Shown piece by piece: positions 16,672-23,739 of a stretch of DNA of 32,000 bases (within the stretch, counting starts at the first letter, position 1; each line of letters starts with the position of its first letter). The stretch is from positions 2,310,001-2,342,000 of the forward strand of contig NZ_CP066019.1 of assembly GCF_016127575.1 (NCBI RefSeq), given 5' to 3'. The notes below the pieces were generated by a model, which ran no database searches, was not told where the DNA came from, and was given only the letters and a program-made list of their open reading frames with translations. A program made the translations under genes and the position numbers. Source of the DNA: Cupriavidus necator (GTDB lineage Bacteria; Pseudomonadota; Gammaproteobacteria; Burkholderiales; Burkholderiaceae).

Positions 16672-18177
16672 TCAGCGGCGCAGAGCGGAATCGGTGTCGG
16701 CGGGGTGGCGCTCCAGCACGCGGCCGGAAAACGCGGGCAGTGCGCTGCCTTCGCTGTCCGTCTGTGTGGACTGTTCCCAGACCCTGGCGCCGTTGACCCA
16801 GACGCCGTGGATGCCGGTGCTCAGTTGCAGCGGGTCTTCAAAGGTGGCACGGTCCTGCACCCGGTCCGCATCGAACAGCACCAGGTCGGCAAACGCGCCC
16901 GGCACGATCCGGCCGCGGTCCGCCAGCCCGTATTGCTGCGCGGCCAGGCCGGACATCTTGTGGATTGCGGTTTCCAGCGTCATCAGCTGGTCTTCGCGCA
17001 CCATGCGCGCCAGGATGCGCGGGAAGGTGCCCCACTGGCGCGGATGCGGGCGCGGATCGAACGGCAGGCCGTCCGAGCCGAAGATGGTCAGCGGGAACTG
17101 CGCAATGCGCTCGACATCGCGCTCATCCATGATGAAGTAGATCGCCGCCGCGGGGCGCAGCTTTGCCAAGAGCGCGTCCTCGTCCAGGCCAAGCTCCTGC
17201 ATCAGCTCGTGGAAGTCGCGGCCGCCCGCAGGCGGGTAGCCGGTGGACCAGGTGATCATGGTGCGCGTGGACTGGCGCACGCGGTCCAGCCGCAGCATGG
17301 TCGAGGTCGCGGGATAGGGATGGCAGTCCAGGCACAGCGGCTGCAAGCGCGCGGCGTCGGCCAGCAGGCCGAGGGTTTCGACCGAGCGGCCATGATTGCG
17401 CTTGCCCGCGACCTTGTGGTGGGAAAACACCACCTGGCAGTCAAGCGCGCGGCCAATGCGCAGCGCTTCTTCGATCGACGGCACGATGTCGTCGGTCTCG
17501 TCGCGCAGGTGGGTGGAATAGAGGCCGCCGTGGGTGCGGACCGGCTCGCACACGGCGATGATCTCGGTTTCGGTGGCGGCTGCCGCGGGCGGATAGAACG
17601 TGCCGGTCGAGACACCGAAGGCGCCCGCCTCCATTGCCAGCCTGACCTCGTCGCGCATCGCAGCGATTTCTTCTGCATTGGCGGCCCGGTTCAGCTCCGG
17701 CATCGCGCGCACGCGCAACGTCGAATGCCCGAGCAGCGGCACCACGTTGACGTTGGCCGGCGTCGCGCGCAATGCGTCGAGCCACTGCGCGAAGGTATCG
17801 AAGCGGAACAGCGCGGGCGGCCCCAGCAGGTCCAGCGGCTGCGGCGGCGCGCTGCTGACCAGCGGTGCCACGCTGATGCCGCAGTTGCCGGTGACCACGG
17901 TGGTGATGCCCTGCGACACCTTGGGCGTCATGTCCCGATGCACCAGCAGGTAGCCGTCGTCGTGCGTGTGGGCATCGATAAAGCCCGGTGCCAGCACGCG
18001 GCCGGCTGCGTCCACGGTATGGTCCGCGGTCATGTCAGCGCAGTCGCCTACGGCGACGATGCGGTCGCCCGCGACTGCCACATCGGCCGCGCGGCGGGCT
18101 GCGCCCGTGCCGTCCACGACCGTGGCGTTGCGGAAGATCAGGTCGGCGCGCCGGTGCGCGGCTGGTTGCGATGCCAT
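16672..18177 (-). CDS. N-acyl-D-amino-acid deacylase (D-aminoacylase) family amidohydrolase, 501 aa
   Basis: ORF 16672..18183 (TTG) trimmed to ATG 18177 after AAGGA. Motifs: DLIFRNATVVDGTG, APGFIDAHTHDD (HxH metal site), GITTVVTGNCG, STHLRDE, and the C-terminal beta-domain segment ADLVLFD. Confidence 0.88.
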   Translation of the reverse strand: MASQPAAHRRADLIFRNATVVDGTGAARRAADVAVAGDRIVAVGDCADMTADHTVDAAGRVLAPGFIDAHTHDDGYLLVHRDMTPKVSQGITTVVTGNCGISVAPLVSSAPPQPLDLLGPPALFRFDTFAQWLDALRATPANVNVVPLLGHSTLRVRAMPELNRAANAEEIAAMRDEVRLAMEAGAFGVSTGTFYPPAAAATETEIIAVCEPVRTHGGLYSTHLRDETDDIVPSIEEALRIGRALDCQVVFSHHKVAGKRNHGRSVETLGLLADAARLQPLCLDCHPYPATSTMLRLDRVRQSTRTMITWSTGYPPAGGRDFHELMQELGLDEDALLAKLRPAAAIYFIMDERDVERIAQFPLTIFGSDGLPFDPRPHPRQWGTFPRILARMVREDQLMTLETAIHKMSGLAAQQYGLADRGRIVPGAFADLVLFDADRVQDRATFEDPLQLSTGIHGVWVNGARVWEQSTQTDSEGSALPAFSGRVLERHPADTDSALRR

Positions 18178-18204
18178 CGTCAATCCTTGTCTCGTTGGCG
18201 GGCC

Positions 18205-19194
18205 TTACTGCGGCGTGATGCCGGCCTGCCTGACCACGGCCGCCCATTTGTCGGTTTCACGCGCGGCATAGCCGGCCAGCGCCTGCGGCGTGCCGCCGAC
18301 CGTCTCGGCGCCCAGTGCGGCGAACTTGTCCTTGATGGCCGGATCCGCCAGCGCGCGGTTGAAGGCGCCGTTGAGCTTGCCCACCACCCCGGCGGGCGTG
18401 CCTTGCGGCGCGACCAGGCCGCCCCAGGCCACCCCTTCGAAACCCGGCACGCCAGACTCCGCGATGGTGGGCAGCGCCGGCAGCAGCGGCGAGCGCGCCA
18501 GGCTGGTCACCGTCAGCGGCTTGAGCTTGCCGGCCTTGATCAGCGGCAGGATGGTCGGCATGTTGTCGATCAGCACATTGACCTGGCCGCCCATCACATC
18601 GGTGGCGGCCTGCGGGCTGCCCTTGTAGCCGACGTGCGTCCAGGCCAGCCCCGCCTTGTCCGCGAGCAGCTGGCCAGTCAGGTGGCCGGACGTGCCCTGG
18701 CCCGGCGAGGCATAGGTGACCTTGTCCGGGTTGGCCTTGACGTAGGCCACCAGCTCGGCAAAGGTCTTCACCGGCATCTCCGGCCTGACCGCGATCACAT
18801 TCGGCACCTTGAACAGCAGCACCACCGGCACGAAGGCATCGGGCCGGTACGGCAGCTTGCGGAAGGTGCTCTTGTTGATCGACAGCGTCACGTTGTTGGC
18901 ATAGCCGAGCGTGTAGCCGTCAGGCGCGGCGCGTTCCAGTTCGGAGATGCCGATCACGCCCGAGGCGCCGGGCTTGTTGTCGATCACGAACGACTGGCCC
19001 AGCGACTTGCCGACTTCGGCGCCCAATGCGCGCATCAGCACGTCGGGACTGCCGCCGGCGGCTGACGGCACCACCAGGCGGATCGGGCGCGACGGATAGC
19101 TGTCCGCCATTGCCGGGCCAGCCAGGCCCACGGCGCCCAGCCACAACAGGGTGGCCATGAACCGTCGCTTTTGCTGCTGCCTTTGATCTTGCAT
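18205..19194 (-). CDS. Bug-family (TctC-like) periplasmic substrate-binding protein, 329 aa
   Basis: ORF 18205..19266 trimmed to ATG 19194 (alternative ATG at 19157). The signal peptide ends GPAMA. Bug signature: SYPSRPIRLVVPSAAGGSPDVLMRAL, then YASPGQGTSGHL and VGYKG. Confidence 0.9.
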   Translation of the reverse strand: MQDQRQQQKRRFMATLLWLGAVGLAGPAMADSYPSRPIRLVVPSAAGGSPDVLMRALGAEVGKSLGQSFVIDNKPGASGVIGISELERAAPDGYTLGYANNVTLSINKSTFRKLPYRPDAFVPVVLLFKVPNVIAVRPEMPVKTFAELVAYVKANPDKVTYASPGQGTSGHLTGQLLADKAGLAWTHVGYKGSPQAATDVMGGQVNVLIDNMPTILPLIKAGKLKPLTVTSLARSPLLPALPTIAESGVPGFEGVAWGGLVAPQGTPAGVVGKLNGAFNRALADPAIKDKFAALGAETVGGTPQALAGYAARETDKWAAVVRQAGITPQ

Positions 19195-19241
19195 CTCGAT
19201 ATCCCGTTCAGTACCTGGGTTGGACCCGGCTACGCGTTTGC

Positions 19242-19271
19242 AGTATAGGGGCATGACCCGAACCAATGCAA
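19242..19271 (-). promoter_or_regulatory. Candidate sigma70 promoter for the Bug/D-aminoacylase/aminotransferase operon
   Basis: Minus-strand reading: TTGCAT (19271-19266), 18 nt, TATACT (19247-19242), about 48 nt upstream of ATG 19194. TGTTTCA boxes lie immediately upstream. Confidence 0.4.
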
Positions 19272-19365
19272 CATTTGTTTCTTAAATGCTCATCATGAAA
19301 CAATAACGATGCGACGCCGGCACGAATGCCTTTGCCGCAACGGCCCGAACTCCATGAAACAGTCG

Positions 19366-20721
19366 TTACAGCCATCGGGGCGTCGCGCTGCGGCACAGCC
19401 CCTGCGCCTCAAGGAAGCGCGCCGCCGCCAGTGCCTGGCTCTCGAGCCCGGGCGCGGCCACGATCTGGATGCCTGCGGGCAAGCCCTCGCCCGCGCACGG
19501 CGCGGCTACAACGGGCAGGCCCGCCAGCGACAACGGGCGCGTCAGGTGCCCGGCATCGGCACGTGGGCAATAGATGCGGCCGGTGCCGTTGACGGTGTCG
19601 GCACCGATCGGCGTGGCCGCATAGGGCGTCGAAGGGGCCAGCAGCAGGTCGACGTCATCGAACAGCGCCAGCAGCCGCTGCCGCCACGCTGACTGGTACT
19701 GGCGCGCGATGTCATACCAGCCGCGCGGCATCGCCAGCCCGGCCAGGATGCGCTGGCGCACGAAGGCGCTGTAGCCGCCATGGCGCTCGGAGAAGCCCAT
19801 GGCCTGGTGGTTGCGCCCGACTTCGTAGGCGGAGATCACCGAGGCGGCATCGCGCGAACTGTCGGCGTCGGGCAGGTCAATGGTGCGCACCGCGCCAAAG
19901 GCCGAGGCCACGCGCAGCACCGCCGCCTGCACCGCGGGCTCGGCAAAATCGGAAAAGCCGCGGCCGAGCACGCCGACGCGCAGCGTCGCGGCACCACGGC
20001 CTTGCGGATCAGCAGGCGCGTCCACGCCGAGCATTGCCGCATAGGCCAGCGCGAGGTCACAGGCGCTGCCGGCCATCGGGCCGACCGTATCCAGGCTCTG
20101 CGCGTACGGCACGCATCCGGCCAGGGACAACCGCCCCGTGGTCGGGCGCAGCCCCCAGATGCCGCAGAACGCGGCCGGGGCGCGGATCGACCCATTGGTA
20201 TCCGAACCCAGCCCGAACGGCACCACCCCGGCAGCCACCAGCGCCGCGGTGCCGGCCGACGAGCCGCCGGTGATGCGCGACGGATCGAGCGGATTGCGCA
20301 CCGGACCGCCGATCACGTTCTCGCCGGTAGCGCCGCACGCGTATTCGTCCATCGCCGCCAGCGCAACGGGCACCGCGCCCGCGGCGACCAGCGCCTCGAC
20401 CGTATCGGCATGGCGCAGCGCCGGCGGCTCCTGCGCGCGTGGCGCGGCGCCGGCCAGCGTGGCGTGGCCGCGCACGTCCAGCAGGCTCTTCACCACGAAC
20501 GGCACGCCCGCCAGCGGCGGCAGCAGCCGGCCCTGCGCGCGCAGCCGGTCCAGCGCGGCGGCCTGCGCCAGTGCGCTGTCCGCCAGCAGCGCCGAGCAGG
20601 CATTGAGCGGCGCGGCGGCTTCGGCGCGCTGCAGGGCGTCTTGCACCAGGTCGAGGGCAAGCCGCTCGCCGCTGCGTACTTGCGCGGCCATGGCGGCGGC
20701 GGTCGGCGTGTCAGCAACCAT
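19366..20721 (-). CDS. Amidase-signature family amidohydrolase (AtzE/GatA-like), 451 aa
   Basis: ORF 19366..20874 trimmed to ATG 20721 after GGAGGGG. AS signature: GGSSAGTAALVAAGVVPFGLGSDTNGSIRAPAAFCG. The catalytic Lys context is PFVVKSLLDV. Confidence 0.88.
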   Translation of the reverse strand: MVADTPTAAAMAAQVRSGERLALDLVQDALQRAEAAAPLNACSALLADSALAQAAALDRLRAQGRLLPPLAGVPFVVKSLLDVRGHATLAGAAPRAQEPPALRHADTVEALVAAGAVPVALAAMDEYACGATGENVIGGPVRNPLDPSRITGGSSAGTAALVAAGVVPFGLGSDTNGSIRAPAAFCGIWGLRPTTGRLSLAGCVPYAQSLDTVGPMAGSACDLALAYAAMLGVDAPADPQGRGAATLRVGVLGRGFSDFAEPAVQAAVLRVASAFGAVRTIDLPDADSSRDAASVISAYEVGRNHQAMGFSERHGGYSAFVRQRILAGLAMPRGWYDIARQYQSAWRQRLLALFDDVDLLLAPSTPYAATPIGADTVNGTGRIYCPRADAGHLTRPLSLAGLPVVAAPCAGEGLPAGIQIVAAPGLESQALAAARFLEAQGLCRSATPRWL

Positions 20722-20905
20722 GCTGCCCCTCCGCTTGCGCCAGCGCCTGGCGCAGGCCCGCCACCATGGCCGCCATGCCGGCCAGCAGCGCGGCGGCCTG
20801 CTCGCAATCCTGGGGTGCCACCGGCACCTGCAGGCCCGCGGCGGCTTGTGCCACCAGGCCGGCGGGATCGTCATCGCGTGCTTGTGCCATGGTTGCTTGC
20901 GCCAT
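20711..20905 (-). CDS. Small Ala-rich protein, AtzG/DUF4089-like (GatC-like partner of the amidase), 64 aa
   Basis: ATG 20905 lies 3 nt after the MFS stop, and GGAGCTGAGGG spans the end of the MFS gene, its TGA stop and the 3-nt spacer up to the ATG. The stop overlaps the amidase start by 11 nt. It is a helical Ala/Leu-rich protein of about 60 aa, matching the size and position of the small subunit reported for AtzE-type amidases. The family call is an inference. Confidence 0.5.
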   Translation of the reverse strand: MAQATMAQARDDDPAGLVAQAAAGLQVPVAPQDCEQAAALLAGMAAMVAGLRQALAQAEGQHGC

Positions 20906-20908
20906 CCC

Positions 20909-22234
20909 TCAGCTCCGCGATTGCATCAGCTGGCGTGGAATCGCCAGGATCAGCACCGCCGCGGCCAGCATCAGCCCGGCCAGCGCCAGCACGCCCAGCG
21001 AGATGCTGCCGGTGCTCTGCTTGATGCCGCCCATCAGCACCGGGCCGATCAGGCCGGCCAGGCTGGCCGCGCTGTTGATCATGGCAATGCCGCCAGCCGC
21101 GGCGGTGCCGGCCAGCACGCGGCCCGGCAGGCCCCAGAACATCGACAGCGTGGCCATCAGGCCGGAAATGCCGATAGTCAGGAACACCATCGCCATCACC
21201 GTGTTGTGCGGGAACAGCGTGCTCGCCCACATGCCGACGGCGGCCACCAGCAGCGGCAGCGCGGAGTGCAGGCGGCGCTCGCCGGTGCGCTCGGCGTGCG
21301 CGGCGTTGACGTTCATCGCCACGCACGCGACCGCATACGGGATCGCCGTCAGCATGGCGATCTCAAGCGGCGACGACATCCCGGTCGACTGGATGATGGT
21401 GGGCAGCCAGAACACCAGGCCGTAGTTGCCGATATTGAACAGCAGGCAGATCGCCATCAGCATCCACAGGACCGGCGACTTGAGCGCGGCGATGAAGCGG
21501 GTGTTCTTCTTCGCGTTCTCGGTGGTCAGCGTGTGGGTGATGGCGCCCGCCTCGGCCGGCGTGAGCCATGGCGCGGCCTCCGGCGACTCGGGCAGCATGC
21601 GCAACAGCAGCAGGCCCAGCACGATGGCCGGGAGCGCCTCGATCAGGAACATCCACTGCCAGCCTTGCAGCCCGTGCAGGTCATGCGTGGCTGACATCAG
21701 CGCGCCGGAGATCGGGCCGCCCAGCACCATGCCCAGCGGCATCGCCAGGAACAGGATCGACATGATGCGCGACTGCCGGTCGGCCGGGTACCACTTGTTC
21801 AGGTACATCACCGCGGCCGGGAAGAAGCCGGCCTCGGTCACGCCCAGCAGGAAGCGCGCCGCGTAGAACTCCATCGGCGTGGTCACGAACATGGTCGCGG
21901 CGGATACCAGCCCCCACAGGATCATGATGGCCGCCATGCTGCGGCGCATGCCGAGGCGGTAGATCAGCAGGCTGCTGGGCACCTGGCACAGCATGTAGCC
22001 CCAGAAGAAGATGCCCGCGCCCAGGCCATAGACCACGTCGCTCAGCCCCAGCGCCTGCTGCATCTGCAGCTTGGCGAAGCCCACGTTGACCCGGTCCAGG
22101 TAGCTGAAGAAATAGCACAGCACGATAAACGGCACGATGCGGCGCGTGACCTTGGCGAACGCGGCGGCGGCGGCGTCCGGCAACACCGCGGCGTGGCCCG
22201 GGGACTGCGGGATGGCTGGCTTGGCCAGGGACAT
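20909..22234 (-). CDS. MFS transporter, anion:cation symporter (ACS) type, 441 aa
   Basis: ORF 20909..22291 trimmed to ATG 22234 after AAGGAGGA. Motifs: RRIVPFIVLCYFFSYLDRVNVGFAKLQM, GLGAGIFFWGYMLCQVPS. About 12 TM helices. Confidence 0.9.
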   Translation of the reverse strand: MSLAKPAIPQSPGHAAVLPDAAAAAFAKVTRRIVPFIVLCYFFSYLDRVNVGFAKLQMQQALGLSDVVYGLGAGIFFWGYMLCQVPSSLLIYRLGMRRSMAAIMILWGLVSAATMFVTTPMEFYAARFLLGVTEAGFFPAAVMYLNKWYPADRQSRIMSILFLAMPLGMVLGGPISGALMSATHDLHGLQGWQWMFLIEALPAIVLGLLLLRMLPESPEAAPWLTPAEAGAITHTLTTENAKKNTRFIAALKSPVLWMLMAICLLFNIGNYGLVFWLPTIIQSTGMSSPLEIAMLTAIPYAVACVAMNVNAAHAERTGERRLHSALPLLVAAVGMWASTLFPHNTVMAMVFLTIGISGLMATLSMFWGLPGRVLAGTAAAGGIAMINSAASLAGLIGPVLMGGIKQSTGSISLGVLALAGLMLAAAVLILAIPRQLMQSRS

Positions 22235-22300
22235 GATGGATCTCCTCCTTGTACGGGCGCGCGGTATCCGGCGCCATGGAGATGCCATCATAGCGGAGTA

Positions 22301-22340
22301 TGAAACAAACGTTCCACTAACGTTTACACTGAAACAAACG
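22301..22340. promoter_or_regulatory. Repeated TGAAACAAACG boxes plus a perfect palindrome upstream of the MFS/amidase operon
   Basis: TGAAACAAACG occurs at 22301-22311 and 22330-22340 (direct repeat, 29-nt period). AAACGTT-CCACT-AACGTTT lies at 22307-22325. A TATGAT -10 candidate (minus strand) lies at 22292-22287, and the proximal box overlaps a poor -35. Confidence 0.4.
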
Positions 22341-22373
22341 GTTTTATTCCTTCACGTGACGCGGAAGACCCGC

Positions 22374-22406
22374 CAAATGAAAAAGGGCGGCAATGCATGC
22401 CGCCCT
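22374..22406 (-). terminator. Rho-independent terminator of the XRE-PAS regulator gene
   Basis: On the minus strand: GGGCGGCA, loop, TGCCGCCC (22405-22385, 8-bp stem), followed by TTTTTCATTT (22384-22375). It begins 10 nt after the stop at 22416. Confidence 0.7.
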
Positions 22407-22415
22407 GTGGCGCTG

Positions 22416-23504
22416 TCAGGCTGGTGCGCGCGGCTTGTCCGCCGCACGCTTGCGCGGGGCCTTGCCGCCGCCTCTTGCCGGCGGCGCTGCCGGCCCGGTG
22501 ACATCCTGCGAGGCGCCGACCATGGTCAGGGCGTTGCCGTGCTCGTCCAGCGTGACCTCGCCTTCCTCATGGATGTCGCGATGGCTGCCGTCGGGCAGCT
22601 GGATGCGGTAGTTGACACTGTACGGCGCCTTGTCGACGATGGCCGCGCGGATGGCCGCCTGCACGCGCGCGCGGTCCTCCTCGACGATCGACGCCAGGTA
22701 GCGCTCCATGGTCACCTTGAACGCCTGCGGGGCCCAGCCGAAGATGCGGTAGGCCTCGTCGGTCCAGGCGCAGTCGTCGGTCTGGATATTCCAGTACCAG
22801 CCGCCCAGGTGGGCAATCTCCTGCGCCTTGGCCAGCAGCGCCTCGTTCTGGCGCAGCGCAGCCTCGGCGCGGCGCCGCTCGGTGATGTCCAGGCTGACGC
22901 CGATCATCTTGACCGGGCGCTGGTCGAAGTCGCGCACCAGCGTGGCCCGCGACGAGATCCAGCGCGTGGTGTCCCCGTGCACGACGCGGAACTCCCACTC
23001 GTGCATCTCCTGCGCGCCCAGCGTGCGCGCCAGCACCTCGCGCAGGCGCGCGACATCGGCCGGATGCACGCAGGCCCAGAAGTCGTCCATGTTGCGGATG
23101 TGGCGGCCGAACAGCGTGACGTCGTTGGACGAGTAGGTCAGGCCATCGGTCAGCACGTTCCATTCCCAGGTGACGATGCCCGAGACCTCCTGCGCGAACT
23201 TCATGCGCGCCTCGCTCTCCATGATCTCCGCCAGGTGCTTCTGGCGCAGTTCCTTGATGTGTGGGTCAGAGGCGGTGCTGGCCTCCAGGTCGGCGATGGC
23301 CTGCTCGCCGTAGCGCAGCCACAGCCAGTTGACGCCCAGGAAGCGCGCCAGCGCGAGCAGCCGCTCGTATTCGATCTCGCCGCCGCGGGTCCACTTGTGC
23401 ACCGCCGACGGCGATACCGACAGCGCCTCTGCCACCTGCTTGAGCATGATCCTTTTGCCTTCCAGCACCCCCTTCAGGCGCGTGGCAAAAGTGTCTTCCG
23501 TCAT
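22416..23504 (-). CDS. One-component transcriptional regulator: N-terminal XRE/Cro-type HTH plus two PAS domains plus a basic Pro/Ala/Lys/Arg tail
   Basis: HTH: FATRLKGVLEGKRIMLKQVAEALSVSPSAVHKWTRGGEIEYERLLALARFLGVNWLWLRYG. PAS 1: GIVTWEWNVLTDGLTYSSN...EFRVVHGDTTRWISSRATLVRD...MIGVSLDITERRRAE. PAS 2: HLGGWYWNIQTDDCAWTDEAYRIFG...YRIQLPDGSHRDIHEEGEV...MVGASQDVT. The ORF track starts at 23510 (MPM...). The GGAGG spacing favours the second ATG at 23504. Confidence 0.85.
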   Translation of the reverse strand: MTEDTFATRLKGVLEGKRIMLKQVAEALSVSPSAVHKWTRGGEIEYERLLALARFLGVNWLWLRYGEQAIADLEASTASDPHIKELRQKHLAEIMESEARMKFAQEVSGIVTWEWNVLTDGLTYSSNDVTLFGRHIRNMDDFWACVHPADVARLREVLARTLGAQEMHEWEFRVVHGDTTRWISSRATLVRDFDQRPVKMIGVSLDITERRRAEAALRQNEALLAKAQEIAHLGGWYWNIQTDDCAWTDEAYRIFGWAPQAFKVTMERYLASIVEEDRARVQAAIRAAIVDKAPYSVNYRIQLPDGSHRDIHEEGEVTLDEHGNALTMVGASQDVTGPAAPPARGGGKAPRKRAADKPRAPA

Positions 23505-23631
23505 GGGCATCCCCTCCGCTTTTTTTCAACCGATGGTGAATTGAGTAACTCGAACCTTACACCATCACCGCAAATCGCGCGAATTGATAGCCATGGACCA
23601 TCAAGCGAGCAAATTTCATCGGTTTTTTGAA

Positions 23632-23661
23632 TTGCAATACACCTGCGCTCCTCACTAGACT
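23632..23661 (+). promoter_or_regulatory. Candidate sigma70 promoter of the cntA-badh-betA operon
   Basis: TTGCAA (23632-37), 18 nt, TAGACT (23656-61). The same architecture recurs at 29627-29655, at the same distance from the conserved 32-nt box. Confidence 0.45.
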
Positions 23662-23680
23662 TCACTTCACATCACCAACA

Positions 23681-23712
23681 GTAATTTAATTAACTGTTAG
23701 TGAATCGATAAG
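23681..23712 (+). promoter_or_regulatory. Conserved 32-nt box, copy 1 (candidate operator or 5'-UTR element)
   Basis: GTAATTTAATTAAC-tgtt-AGTGAATCGATAAG compares with copy 2 GTAATCTAATTAAC-ctac-AGTGAATCGACAAG. That is 26 of 28 non-spacer positions identical, and the box contains the TTAATTAA palindrome. It lies 19 nt downstream of the candidate -10 and 28 nt upstream of the cntA ATG. Confidence 0.6.
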
Positions 23713-23739
23713 GCAACGAGACCAACAAGGAGACAACCC

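Noticed and set aside
16582-19065. An 827-aa ORF on the plus strand. Similar very long ORFs occur at 10795..12672 (+), 20138..21694 (+), 833..1981 (+), 24779..26443 (-), 26418..28298 (-), 29930..31801 (-) and 28369..29244 (-).
   Set aside because: All run antisense to genes with clear family motifs. Their products are Arg/Ala/Gly/Pro-rich low-complexity strings with no recognisable domains, which is the expected stop-codon-poor shadow ORF pattern of a high-GC genome.
23593-23658. A 21-codon ORF (MDHQASKFHRFFELQYTCAPH) in the regulator-cntA intergenic region.
   Set aside because: It has no Shine-Dalgarno sequence and overlaps the candidate -35/-10 of the cntA promoter. It is more likely chance in an AT-richer promoter region.
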